The notes beneath the pieces were generated by a model. It was not told the DNA's origin. It made no database searches and saw only the letters and a program-made list of their open reading frames with translations. The position numbers and the translations under genes are program-made. From a virus (Duplodnaviria; Heunggongvirae; Uroviricota; Caudoviricetes), in the IMG/VR virus record IMGVR_UViG_3300037307_000441: a stretch of 64,000 nt of DNA, one strand, 5' to 3'. Below are positions 47,822-55,942 of the stretch, one piece after another. Numbering within the stretch: position 1 is the stretch's first letter; the number at the start of each line of letters is the position of its first letter.

Positions 47822-48160
47822 ATGAAAAATTTTAAAACGGCTTTGCTTGTATCAGCCTCTTTCGGATTGTTAGCATTCCTGTTATTTGATGGTGTAGAAT
47901 GGCTCGCAAAAAATATTAGTATGCAAATATCCTTTTTGATGCTAATACTAATATTTTCCACAATCTTTATTCTTTTTGTAATCAAGATGTATCAATCAAT
48001 TAAGTGGTGGAAAGAATCCGCTAAATACCGTGAAACTTTGAAAGAAGGGGATGAAGTCTTAATTCATGGGCCCAATACACAATATAAAGCGACCGTAGTT
48101 GAAATTAACGACATTAAAGTAGTTGTCAAAGTTCATAAAAATTCAATTTATAAACCGTAA
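47822..48160 (+). CDS. hypothetical membrane protein
   Basis: start moved to ATG 47822 (MKNFKTALL...); two TM helices. Confidence 0.4.
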   Translation: MKNFKTALLVSASFGLLAFLLFDGVEWLAKNISMQISFLMLILIFSTIFILFVIKMYQSIKWWKESAKYRETLKEGDEVLIHGPNTQYKATVVEINDIKVVVKVHKNSIYKP

Positions 48161-48426
48161 TGTATACCATACCAGAAGAAATAAAAAAAATTGGAATAAA
48201 TCGAGAAATGATAGATTACCATTTCTCGAAGACGAAAATGAAAGATTTCGAAATAGAACAAATTGAATTTGTTAAAATAATGAATGATGCCTCTGTGCTA
48301 ATTAGATTAAAAATTTTTAATCCGAATTCACCTTACAATAGCCGCAGTAAATTTAGAAATATTGTAATACAAATATCTAAAGGAAAAATTAGGGATAATA
48401 AAATCAATAAGCTATTAAACGAATAA
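48160..48426 (+). CDS. hypothetical protein
   Basis: 88-aa ORF. Confidence 0.4.
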   Translation: MYTIPEEIKKIGINREMIDYHFSKTKMKDFEIEQIEFVKIMNDASVLIRLKIFNPNSPYNSRSKFRNIVIQISKGKIRDNKINKLLNE

Positions 48427-48428
48427 AT

Positions 48429-48632
48429 ATGATTACGATACCTTCAATATTTTTACCTGGAATTATTGTCTTAGTAGTTTGGGCAATACAATCATCTTTG
48501 AATTCACTTTTTAAGAATCCTGTAGTGGATGAAATATCTAAAAAAATTGCAAAATGGACAACATGGTGTTGCCTTGTTATTTATTTTTTTATGATGGTTA
48601 TTTGGATAACCAATCATGTTCAATTTAAGTAA
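48429..48632 (+). CDS. small membrane protein
   Basis: two hydrophobic helices. Confidence 0.35.
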   Translation: MITIPSIFLPGIIVLVVWAIQSSLNSLFKNPVVDEISKKIAKWTTWCCLVIYFFMMVIWITNHVQFK

Positions 48633-48996
48633 ATTTGATTTTTCCACTACTTAAATCTTCTATAAATTTAAATAAACCATCCTTTTGATCACATAAATAA
48701 TATCTATTAATAAAATAAATTCTACCAATTACTACTTTAATTAAATAATATTCATCTTCATATTTTTTTATATAAAAATGAGATTTAAAAGTAGGATTTG
48801 TAACTTTTTTTGATATTAGTATCTGATTAAATTCTTCGGAATAAAAACAATTAAAATTTTTTGAATAGATTTTATCCTTAATTGCATCATAAACAGAATA
48901 TTCAATCTTTACTTCTTTCTTAAATTTGTTAAATTCTTTTTCTTCTATTTGGCGATAGTAATTTTCAAAATCCTCATATATTTTCAAATATCTCAT
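48625..48996 (-). CDS. hypothetical protein, MRYLKIYEDF / KCDQ-motif paralog family
   Basis: N-terminus MRYLKIYEDFENY; C-terminus YYLCDQKDGLFKFIEDL. Confidence 0.5.
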   Translation of the reverse strand: MRYLKIYEDFENYYRQIEEKEFNKFKKEVKIEYSVYDAIKDKIYSKNFNCFYSEEFNQILISKKVTNPTFKSHFYIKKYEDEYYLIKVVIGRIYFINRYYLCDQKDGLFKFIEDLSSGKIKFT

Positions 48997-49039
48997 TTAA
49001 TATATATTAAATCTCAAATAAAATAATTACCTTCGTAAA

Positions 49040-49204
49040 ATGAAATTTGATAAATCTGACATACCGCTTATTTTAAATGGATTTGTTGTTACATTATTGC
49101 TATTATCAACAAATTTTTCTATAGGTAATCTTACCTTATACGCATTTGCTGCAATCACAATTTTATGGTACGGTAACGAAATTAAAAAAAATGGATCTAA
49201 ATAA
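49040..49204 (+). CDS. small membrane peptide (54 aa)
   Basis: MKFDKSDIPLILNGFVVTLLLLSTNFSIGNLTLYAFAAITILWYG; read manually. Confidence 0.25.
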   Translation: MKFDKSDIPLILNGFVVTLLLLSTNFSIGNLTLYAFAAITILWYGNEIKKNGSK

Positions 49205-49505
49205 AATCGAAAAATGTTTTAATCCGATTAATAGCAAACACCATAATAATCTTTATGAGTGGTTTATAAATCGTGATCATATACCATTTGACATTTCTTC
49301 AGATGCTCATGGTATCTATTATACAATGTATCAGGAATTCTTAAAAGACCTATTGGAATTTTATAATAAAACACATTGTAGGTATTATTGGATATATAAA
49401 GGCATTTTATATAGTGATGAAGGTAAAAATGAAATTAGTGGTGATTCAATTAAAGTAGATGAAGTTAAAATCAGAGAATTTAAATTAGATTTAATTCTTA
49501 ATTGA
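49191..49505 (+). CDS. hypothetical protein
   Basis: track ORF begins at TTG 49146; first ATG (MDLNKIEK...) at 49191. Confidence 0.4.
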   Translation: MDLNKIEKCFNPINSKHHNNLYEWFINRDHIPFDISSDAHGIYYTMYQEFLKDLLEFYNKTHCRYYWIYKGILYSDEGKNEISGDSIKVDEVKIREFKLDLILN

Positions 49506-49862
49506 TATCCAATTCTTTCCAATAACATTATCTTTAATACACTTTACTACACCATGTAATTGATCACATTTCCAAGATATTTTAGATGGATGATTTATCC
49601 AATTAACCATAAACCATTCATCTGACATTTTAAATAAGCATAAAGAATTTAAATATGAATCATCAAAATGAATATCTAAAGAATAAAGAAGGTTTTTGTC
49701 AGGAACAATATTAACATTAGTAGATATTGAATTAAGTTCCTTTTGAAGGTAGTCTAAATCAGATTGATTCAAATTTTCTGGGTTAGGAAGATAATCACCT
49801 GGTATCCAACCTGAAACAACTTTATATCCTCTGAAATCTTCAAATAATTTTAGATAATTCAT
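49491..49862 (-). CDS. hypothetical protein, MNYLKLFEDF / KCDQ-motif paralog family
   Basis: N-terminus MNYLKLFEDFRGY; C-terminus WKCDQLHGVVKCIKDNV. Confidence 0.5.
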   Translation of the reverse strand: MNYLKLFEDFRGYKVVSGWIPGDYLPNPENLNQSDLDYLQKELNSISTNVNIVPDKNLLYSLDIHFDDSYLNSLCLFKMSDEWFMVNWINHPSKISWKCDQLHGVVKCIKDNVIGKNWISIKN

Positions 49863-49923
49863 ATTAATATATATAAAATATTTTAACTATATTTACCAAA
49901 CTCAGAAAGGAAGAGAACAACAG

Positions 49924-50364
49924 ATGAAATGGATTTTTTTAATGATTATATTCACATTCGTAGATGCACCATTTAAGGCTAGATTTATAACAGTGGATAA
50001 AATACCTATTGTAAAAGGTAAAATAAATGGTAAAGACGCATTTTTTATCATAGATAGCGGATCTTCAATTTCAATTATTGATGCACTGCAAATAGATTAT
50101 TATGGTATAAAAGAAAACAATGATACTACTAATATCACTGCTATATATGGGTCTAATATTTATCCGAAGACATTAAGTGATGTTAATGTCACTGTTGAAG
50201 GTGTTAAATTTGAAGGTGAATATATGTCACAAAATATATCTAATGTTGTACAAGTAATTTATTATAATTCTGGTAAAAAGGTTAGTGGAATTATTGGTTC
50301 TAATATAATGAGAAAAATGAAAATAATAATAGATTATAGTGATAAGTCAATTTATATAAAATAA
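49924..50364 (+). CDS. retropepsin-like aspartic protease (clan AA) with signal peptide
   Basis: AFFIIDSGSSISIID (DSG active-site motif) and GIIGSNIM flap-like region. Confidence 0.55.
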   Translation: MKWIFLMIIFTFVDAPFKARFITVDKIPIVKGKINGKDAFFIIDSGSSISIIDALQIDYYGIKENNDTTNITAIYGSNIYPKTLSDVNVTVEGVKFEGEYMSQNISNVVQVIYYNSGKKVSGIIGSNIMRKMKIIIDYSDKSIYIK

Positions 50365-50389
50365 ATTTTGATTATTATAGAAACTTACT

Positions 50390-50397
50390 TATCTTTG
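50390..50397 (+). promoter_or_regulatory. -7 promoter box (TTATCTTTGT) for tRNA cluster
   Basis: 37 nt upstream of tRNA-Asn. Confidence 0.45.
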
Positions 50398-50434
50398 TAA
50401 AACATTTAAATCAAGTATAAGTATAAATAAAAAT

Positions 50435-50508
50435 TCCTCCTTAGCTCAGTTGGTTAGAGCATCTGACTGTTAATCAGAGGGTCGTAGGTTCAAGTCCTAC
50501 AGGGGGAG
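50435..50508 (+). tRNA. tRNA-Asn (anticodon GTT)
   Basis: TCCTCCT-TA-GCTC AGTTGGTTA GAGC-A-TCTGA CTGTTAA TCAGA-GGGTC-GTAGG TTCAAGT CCTAC-AGGGGGA-G. Confidence 0.85.
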
Positions 50509-50511
50509 CAA

Positions 50512-50583
50512 GGTTCCATAGTTCAATGGATAGAACGGGTGACTTCTAATCTCCAGATCCAAGTTCGATTCTTGGTGGGACTA
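50512..50583 (+). tRNA. tRNA-Arg (anticodon TCT)
   Basis: GGTTCCA-TA-GTTC AATGGATA GAAC-G-GGTGA CTTCTAA TCTCC-AGAT-CCAAG TTCGATT CTTGG-TGGGACT-A; one T:T mismatch in anticodon stem, two G:U in acceptor. Confidence 0.7.
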
Positions 50584-50620
50584 CAAAACAAAAATGGTTT
50601 ATTTGTATATAAGTTAAATC

Positions 50621-50706
50621 GCCCTGGTGGTGGAACTGGTAGACACGCGGGACTTAAAATCCCGTTCGCCGAAACGCGAGTGCGGGTTCGATTCCCGCCT
50701 GGGGCA
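50621..50706 (+). tRNA. tRNA-Leu (anticodon TAA), type II
   Basis: GCCCTGG-TG-GTGGAACTGGTAGACAC-GCGGGA CTTAAAA TCCCG-long variable arm-TGCGGG TTCGATT CCCGC-CTGGGGC-A; a divergent second copy of the Leu-TAA gene at 18765. Confidence 0.8.
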
Positions 50707-50721
50707 CTTAAATTAATATTC

Positions 50722-50955
50722 ATGAAAGAAAAAGTAATCAATATGCTTCGCAAAGATGCTGAGGCTCAAAAAGCAAAAGCACTCTTAACACTTGAACTTA
50801 TGACAGAACACGCTGTTGGTATTGGAGATCACTCTACTGGAGATTTTTACAAAAATGCAGAAGAAGCACTTCAAATGTTGGTAGATGCAGATGATAAATT
50901 GGAAGCACTTGATAAATATTTCAGTAAGGCGGATATACCATCAGGTGGACTTTAA
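50722..50955 (+). CDS. small hypothetical protein wedged between tRNA genes
   Basis: track ORF 50539..50955 overlaps tRNA-Arg/Leu at its 5' end; in-frame ATG at 50722 (MKEKVINMLRKDAEAQ...) starts just after tRNA-Leu. Confidence 0.4.
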   Translation: MKEKVINMLRKDAEAQKAKALLTLELMTEHAVGIGDHSTGDFYKNAEEALQMLVDADDKLEALDKYFSKADIPSGGL

Positions 50956-50961
50956 TATATT

Positions 50962-51048
50962 GGAGAGTTGGCAGAGCGGTTGAATGCATCGGTCTTGAAA
51001 ACCGACATACTCGAAAGGGTATCTGGGGTTCGAATCCCTGACTCTCCG
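50962..51048 (+). tRNA. tRNA-Ser (anticodon TGA), type II
   Basis: GGAGAGT-TG-GCAG AGCGGTTGAATGC-ATCGG TCTTGAAA ACCGA-variable arm-TGGGG TTCGAAT CCCTG-ACTCTCC-G. Confidence 0.8.
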
Positions 51049-51116
51049 CAAATTTTTTTAAATAAAATTTGTTTATTTAGAATTATCTTTTTATATTTAC
51101 ACAAAAATTAATTTAT

Positions 51117-52607
51117 ATGAAAAAAATTTTAATCTTAGTAACGATTCTTGTTACTCTATTTTCATGCCGCAAATCGGATACAATAGTTATTCCGGATCAA
51201 CCAACGCAACCACAACCCTCTAAACGAACAGTTTCGGGAGTAGTACAAAAGGGACCTTTCTTAAAAGGAACACGAATTGATATGACAGAACTAGATTCTT
51301 CTTTGAATCAAACAGGAAGAAGTTTCAATACTGAAATTTTGAATGATGTCGGATCTTTTTCAATTGATAGTATAATACTTTCTTCTACTTATGCGAGATT
51401 TACTGCAAATGGATTCTATTTTAATGAATTTAATGGATTCACTTCAAATTCACAGCTTTCTCTACAAGCTATTAGTAATGTAACATCACCCTCAATTAAC
51501 ATTAATGTGCTCACACACTTGGAAAGACCAAGGGTAGAACATCTTGTAAAAACACAAGGATTTTCTTTTGTCAATGCTAAAAAGCAAGCTCAACGAGAAA
51601 TTTTAAACGCCTTTAATTTTATTGAAGATACACTTTTAACAAATTCTGAAAATCTGAACATTATTACTAACTCCAATGACAATGCTATTTTATTAGCCAT
51701 TTCCTTAATTATTCAAGGAGATAGAGGAGTGGGTGACTTCACCGCACTGTTGGGTGGCCTACAAGGAGACCTACAAACAACAGGTAAGATTAGCTCAACA
51801 TTGCAAGATAGTCTTCGTAGAACATCTAGAATTTTAAACCTATTTAATATTCGTCAAAATCTAGTTAGCAAATATACCTCGTTGGGAGTTAATGCTCAGA
51901 TTCCTAGCTTTGAAACTTATGTGACTAAATATATTAGAAGCATTTCAACTATTGATACAAATGGTGGTCCCACAAATGGATTAACAGCTTTTTGGTCATT
52001 TAATGGTAATGTTCGTGATGGTAGTGGAAATGGTTATGATGGTAGTGTAAACGGGGCAACACTTGCAAAAGACAGGTTTGACTCTAGTAATAAAGCTTAT
52101 TATTTTAATGGATATGCTGGGACAAAAATATCTACAACTTACTCCGGAATTGTTTCCAATAATTCTAGAAGCATTTCTTTTTGGACAAAACATGGTAGTA
52201 TAGGAAATTCCGAACATATTATAACTTGGGGAGATTTAACAAATCCACTAAAGTCTTTTTCAATTTTCTTTAGCCGGTCTCAACAAAACTTACCAATGAT
52301 AGGAATAGATTTTGGTGGATCAGTTATCGGAACAATGACAAATTCAGTAATTGATAATCAATGGCATCACTATACTGTTATGTTTAGCGATAGTGTTTAT
52401 ATTTATGTAGATGGAGTTAATTATCCCACTAATGTGTTTTATAATGTAAATAGCAATATCAACACATCAATGGGTCAAAATGTAACAATTGGTGAATATA
52501 ATTCATCAACCAATGATTGGAGGAACTTCAAAGGATATATTGATGATGTTCGTATTTATAATAGAATTTTAAATACACAGGAGATAATCCAATTATCATC
52601 TAACTAA
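51117..52607 (+). CDS. lipoprotein with C-terminal LamG/concanavalin-A-like lectin domain
   Basis: lipobox LVTLFSC; C-terminal WSFNGNVRDGSGNGYDGSVNGATLAKDRF...WHHYTVMF...DDVRIYNRILNTQEI typical of Laminin_G_3; GC-richer. Confidence 0.6.
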   Translation: MKKILILVTILVTLFSCRKSDTIVIPDQPTQPQPSKRTVSGVVQKGPFLKGTRIDMTELDSSLNQTGRSFNTEILNDVGSFSIDSIILSSTYARFTANGFYFNEFNGFTSNSQLSLQAISNVTSPSININVLTHLERPRVEHLVKTQGFSFVNAKKQAQREILNAFNFIEDTLLTNSENLNIITNSNDNAILLAISLIIQGDRGVGDFTALLGGLQGDLQTTGKISSTLQDSLRRTSRILNLFNIRQNLVSKYTSLGVNAQIPSFETYVTKYIRSISTIDTNGGPTNGLTAFWSFNGNVRDGSGNGYDGSVNGATLAKDRFDSSNKAYYFNGYAGTKISTTYSGIVSNNSRSISFWTKHGSIGNSEHIITWGDLTNPLKSFSIFFSRSQQNLPMIGIDFGGSVIGTMTNSVIDNQWHHYTVMFSDSVYIYVDGVNYPTNVFYNVNSNINTSMGQNVTIGEYNSSTNDWRNFKGYIDDVRIYNRILNTQEIIQLSSN

Positions 52608-52635
52608 TTAAGAAAACACATCGATCCGCGCAAAA

Positions 52636-52668
52636 AAAAAAAGGAGAAACTTAGGTTTCTCCTTTTTG
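52636..52668 (+). terminator. rho-independent terminator
   Basis: AAAAAGGAGAAAC-TTAG-GTTTCTCCTTTTT. Confidence 0.6.
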
Positions 52669-52679
52669 ACATTTTTCCG

Positions 52680-52687
52680 TATCTTTG
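52680..52687 (+). promoter_or_regulatory. -7 promoter box (CCGTATCTTTGT)
   Basis: only 4 nt before ATG 52692, implying a leaderless or very short-leader mRNA. Confidence 0.45.
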
Positions 52688-52691
52688 TAAT

Positions 52692-53129
52692 ATGGAAAGA
52701 AATATCACTATTAGAAAATCAGTTAGAAAAGACTTAACAATATCTATTCCACACTTAGTTGAAAAAATACTCACTTGGATGAAAACTAAATATCCTGAGG
52801 TAAATTTCGACAAGGTAGAATATATCTTTTCATCAAGCTATAACCGTTCACGAAATAACAGCGGTGGTAAATATCAAAATCCCACCGCGTGCATCTCAAC
52901 CCGCTCTGAATTAATACTCTATGACAAAAAAAGCTTAGGCATCAAAAAAACTAATATTTTTGTTGGGTGCCAAATACAAATGATATGTGCTTTGATACAC
53001 GAACTAACACATCATGTTCAATATGAACAAGGTATCAGAATTGGAAATGAATTAGATACCACTAGAAATGAATTACTTTATCTGAAAGAAAATCATTTAC
53101 AATATTACAATAAAATAACCTCTAAATAA
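52692..53129 (+). CDS. SprT-like HExxH zinc metallopeptidase-like protein
   Basis: ALIHELTHHVQYEQGIRIG; paralog of the 26500 gene. Confidence 0.5.
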   Translation: MERNITIRKSVRKDLTISIPHLVEKILTWMKTKYPEVNFDKVEYIFSSSYNRSRNNSGGKYQNPTACISTRSELILYDKKSLGIKKTNIFVGCQIQMICALIHELTHHVQYEQGIRIGNELDTTRNELLYLKENHLQYYNKITSK

Positions 53130-53817
53130 GTAATTTAAAATACCATTTTGCACTATCATTATAATCTTTTCTATCTAAGAACTCAAATGGCACTTTAATC
53201 ACTCTTCTCAATTCTTCTATTATTTGTTCCTTATATTCCAAATTTTTATTTAAATCAAAATAAAAATAAAAGTTCATATCCTTATCTTGTTGTAAATGAC
53301 ACTGAATAGTATAAGTACTCCGGGTACCACCAATAAAATCTGGTCTTTTTCTATTTATTTTATTATATAGATTTATCCTATAATGATTATACCCAATTCG
53401 TCTATAAAGACTAAAATAATTTATTATCTCAGTCGGAACCTCTTGTTTAATTATAAATTGTGTTTGTTGCGGACCTCCCCCACCAGGTTTATTTCCTATT
53501 GCAATTAATTTAAATTCAAAGTCTAATTTCCATCGACGACAAATTGAAGATAAAGAATTGATTAACTTAATAAATTCATCAAATTTTTCTAAACTATTTA
53601 TGCTATTAAATTTTCTATTTAATTCCCAATAAGTAGATAGTTTATTATCGATGATTTGACTGCCTGTATCATTCCATTCTTGCTCAATACCACTATGATA
53701 ATATTTTAAATCCCCATTATCAATATGTTGAATGAAAAAATCTTCCATTTCTTCAACCGATAATCGATTGTGAACTTTACCACTATTCGACCCATTAAAT
53801 CTATTTAAACGAACCAT
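53122..53817 (-). CDS. hypothetical protein
   Basis: 231-aa ORF. Confidence 0.5.
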   Translation of the reverse strand: MVRLNRFNGSNSGKVHNRLSVEEMEDFFIQHIDNGDLKYYHSGIEQEWNDTGSQIIDNKLSTYWELNRKFNSINSLEKFDEFIKLINSLSSICRRWKLDFEFKLIAIGNKPGGGGPQQTQFIIKQEVPTEIINYFSLYRRIGYNHYRINLYNKINRKRPDFIGGTRSTYTIQCHLQQDKDMNFYFYFDLNKNLEYKEQIIEELRRVIKVPFEFLDRKDYNDSAKWYFKLLI

Positions 53818-53860
53818 AGAGTATATATTAATATTATTTTCAAAATTGTCTTTTTTTTAT

Positions 53861-53868
53861 TATATTTG
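53861..53868 (+). promoter_or_regulatory. -7 promoter box TATATTTG
   Basis: 4 nt before ATG 53873. Confidence 0.35.
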
Positions 53869-53872
53869 TAGT

Positions 53873-54220
53873 ATGACGCCAATTAATACACAAGAATGGA
53901 ATGAAAAAATAAAAAAACTCGGACGGGATAAATTTACCCAACGGGAAAAAGATTTCCTTGATTCCTACTTCCCAGATATACAACGGAGTCCAGTATCAGC
54001 ACATATTAAATTGGCCAATAACAAGAAGAATGATAATTCCATTAACCTATCAAAACTAAATGATGATTGGTTTTTAATGGCAATATCATATAAATCTTCA
54101 TTTTCAATATGTCTTAATTCAGAAGAAAACTTTATAGTGGTAGATGGATATAGTGGATTATTCTTGATTGACCAATTTGATGAATTTATTGATTTTATCA
54201 AATCAAATCACATAAACTAA
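53873..54220 (+). CDS. hypothetical protein
   Basis: track ORF starts TTG 53846; ATG 53873 (MTPINTQEW...) preferred; C-terminal LIDQFDEFIDFIK loosely resembles the KCDQ family tail. Confidence 0.4.
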   Translation: MTPINTQEWNEKIKKLGRDKFTQREKDFLDSYFPDIQRSPVSAHIKLANNKKNDNSINLSKLNDDWFLMAISYKSSFSICLNSEENFIVVDGYSGLFLIDQFDEFIDFIKSNHIN

Positions 54221-54225
54221 AAATT

Positions 54226-54429
54226 ATGAAGGCTTATTGTTATAAATCATATAATTGGGATATTAAACCATTTTTTGAATATAAAGAAGGTGAGTGGTAT
54301 AAAATATCCCAGACCATATTGGCATATAAATTTAATGATGGTGGTGCTTCAATAAGTGAAGATATATTTAAAAAACACTTTTTAACACAAGAAGAATTTA
54401 GAGAAATACAATTAGATAAAATTTTATGA
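54226..54429 (+). CDS. hypothetical small protein (tandem paralog 1)
   Basis: C-terminus FLTQEEFREIQLDKIL. Confidence 0.4.
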   Translation: MKAYCYKSYNWDIKPFFEYKEGEWYKISQTILAYKFNDGGASISEDIFKKHFLTQEEFREIQLDKIL

Positions 54430-54692
54430 TAGTAAATATATATTGTCATACAGGGATGTATTGGAACTTAACTAAACCCTACTTTCGTTATGAAACGGGT
54501 AAAACATATCAAGTTAAAATATATAATAATGCTTTCAACTACCTTTTTAATAAAAAAACACACCCGGCTCACCAAGAAAAAACAGTCTACTCATTCGCAG
54601 ATTGTGATATGATATTAGGCGAAGACGACTTTAGAAAATATTTCTATACTATAGAAGAATTTAGAGAAAAACAAATTAATGAGATTTTATGA
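54426..54692 (+). CDS. hypothetical small protein (tandem paralog 2)
   Basis: C-terminus FYTIEEFREKQINEIL; ATGA overlaps on both sides. Confidence 0.4.
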   Translation: MIVNIYCHTGMYWNLTKPYFRYETGKTYQVKIYNNAFNYLFNKKTHPAHQEKTVYSFADCDMILGEDDFRKYFYTIEEFREKQINEIL

Positions 54693-55012
54693 AAATATTT
54701 GTAGCGGGTCCTTTTAACCACCCCGATGAATCCATAAAAGAGTCACGACTCAACAAAATAACTGAATATTGCACACAACTATTCCTAAATGGAATGTCTC
54801 CTATTTCACCACTACTAATAGGTTTAAATATGGCAAAATTTGCTAATCTTCCTACCGATACCGAAACATGGAAAGTATATTCACAAACACTATTAAAAGG
54901 TTGTGATGAACTACACATACTAATGTTAGATGGATGGGAGAAATCCAAAGGAGTAGAATATGAAATTGAAGCAGCTAAAAAAATGAACATTACAATAAAA
55001 TGGATAAAGTAG
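54689..55012 (+). CDS. DUF4406 / nucleoside 2-deoxyribosyltransferase-like protein
   Basis: MKIFVAGPFNHPDE...LMLDGWEKSKGVEYEIEAAKKMNITI fits the DUF4406 pattern (MKIYIAGP...GWe.S.Ga.lE...A). Confidence 0.5.
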   Translation: MKIFVAGPFNHPDESIKESRLNKITEYCTQLFLNGMSPISPLLIGLNMAKFANLPTDTETWKVYSQTLLKGCDELHILMLDGWEKSKGVEYEIEAAKKMNITIKWIK

Positions 55013-55287
55013 AAATACCAATTTTAAAAATAGAATTTCCGGAAAGAGATAATAAATCTATAGTATCTATTAAATTTAGTAGTAGCAAACAATTGTCTGA
55101 CTTTATTGGAAATAACAAAAGATTATTCAAATCATGGATGCCTATTTGGCGGAATATCGCAACAATCTCCTATGAATATACCATGTATGAAGTAAACAAA
55201 ATAATTAAAATCAAACAAAAAGAAATTATCGCAGAAGTTAGTCAAATAACATTAAGAGATAGAAATCTTGATATAATATTAAATTAA
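55000..55287 (+). CDS. hypothetical protein
   Basis: 95-aa ORF. Confidence 0.4.
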   Translation: MDKVEIPILKIEFPERDNKSIVSIKFSSSKQLSDFIGNNKRLFKSWMPIWRNIATISYEYTMYEVNKIIKIKQKEIIAEVSQITLRDRNLDIILN

Positions 55288-55288
55288 T

Positions 55289-55320
55289 TTTGGTGGTCTC
55301 AGAACTTTGTCGTATCTTTG
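55289..55320 (+). promoter_or_regulatory. complete Bacteroidetes-type promoter TTTG-N20-TATCTTTG (extended consensus TTTGGTGGTCTCAGAA...CGTATCTTTG)
   Basis: -33 TTTG at 55289-92, 20-nt spacer, -7 box 55313-20; near-identical copies at 55817, 61296, 62106, 62188, 62311. Confidence 0.55.
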
Positions 55321-55342
55321 TATTCATCAATCAAATATCACT

Positions 55343-55582
55343 ATGCGTAATATCCGTTTTGAAATTGACTACACTATGGAAGGCAATCAAAGGTTCCCAT
55401 TTATATGGGACTACTCTACTGATACCGAAGAAGGTTGTTATATTTCCAAATTGACTATGAATATGCTCTACGAACAACTTGAAGATTTCCAAGGTGTTAG
55501 TGATTTTACCTATCTGAATCGCAATCAATCTCTGTTGGAGTCACTTTATAATATGGGTAATATTGAATATCTTGAAGCATAA
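55343..55582 (+). CDS. hypothetical protein
   Basis: track ORF from TTG 55307 overlaps the promoter; ATG 55343 (MRNIRFEIDY...) preferred. Confidence 0.4.
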   Translation: MRNIRFEIDYTMEGNQRFPFIWDYSTDTEEGCYISKLTMNMLYEQLEDFQGVSDFTYLNRNQSLLESLYNMGNIEYLEA

Positions 55583-55602
55583 AATCACCTTAAATATTTT
55601 CT

Positions 55603-55815
55603 ATGTATAAGATTGTTATTAGTAAAAATGGATTGGGTTACAAAGCAGTTCTGTGGAAAAAATGCTACTTATTTTTTTGGCTACCTGATACCATACATCA
55701 AACCAAATTTGGTTATGAAACCAATCTGGAAGAAACTGTAAACACATGGGTAAAGGAATTTAATATTCCTATAGACATGGTTAAATCTCCTATCGGCAAA
55801 TTTATCCACCAATAA
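55603..55815 (+). CDS. hypothetical small protein
   Basis: 70-aa ORF. Confidence 0.4.
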   Translation: MYKIVISKNGLGYKAVLWKKCYLFFWLPDTIHQTKFGYETNLEETVNTWVKEFNIPIDMVKSPIGKFIHQ

Positions 55816-55816
55816 A

Positions 55817-55848
55817 TTTGGTGGTTTCAGAAATTATTCGTATCTTTG
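55817..55848 (+). promoter_or_regulatory. complete promoter TTTGGTGGTTTCAGAAATTATTCGTATCTTTG
   Basis: TTTG-N20-TATCTTTG. Confidence 0.55.
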
Positions 55849-55850
55849 TG

Positions 55851-55913
55851 TTCACAAAGTAGGCAGACCTGTCCTATTAAGAGTAGGGGGTTTTAGAACT
55901 GCCTACTTTGTGA
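55851..55913 (+). promoter_or_regulatory. 14-bp perfect inverted repeat forming a large leader stem-loop
   Basis: CACAAAGTAGGCAG ...31 nt... CTGCCTACTTTGTG immediately after the -7 box; an inner hairpin CCTA-TTAAGAG-TAGG sits in the loop. Confidence 0.5.
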
Positions 55914-55942
55914 AATTTTTTTTTCAATCAAATTTTTATACT

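Noticed and set aside
50523-50753. 76-aa minus-strand ORF, and the 5' part of + ORF 50539..50955
   Set aside because: Both overlap the tRNA-Arg/tRNA-Leu genes. Only the portion from ATG 50722 is kept as a possible CDS.
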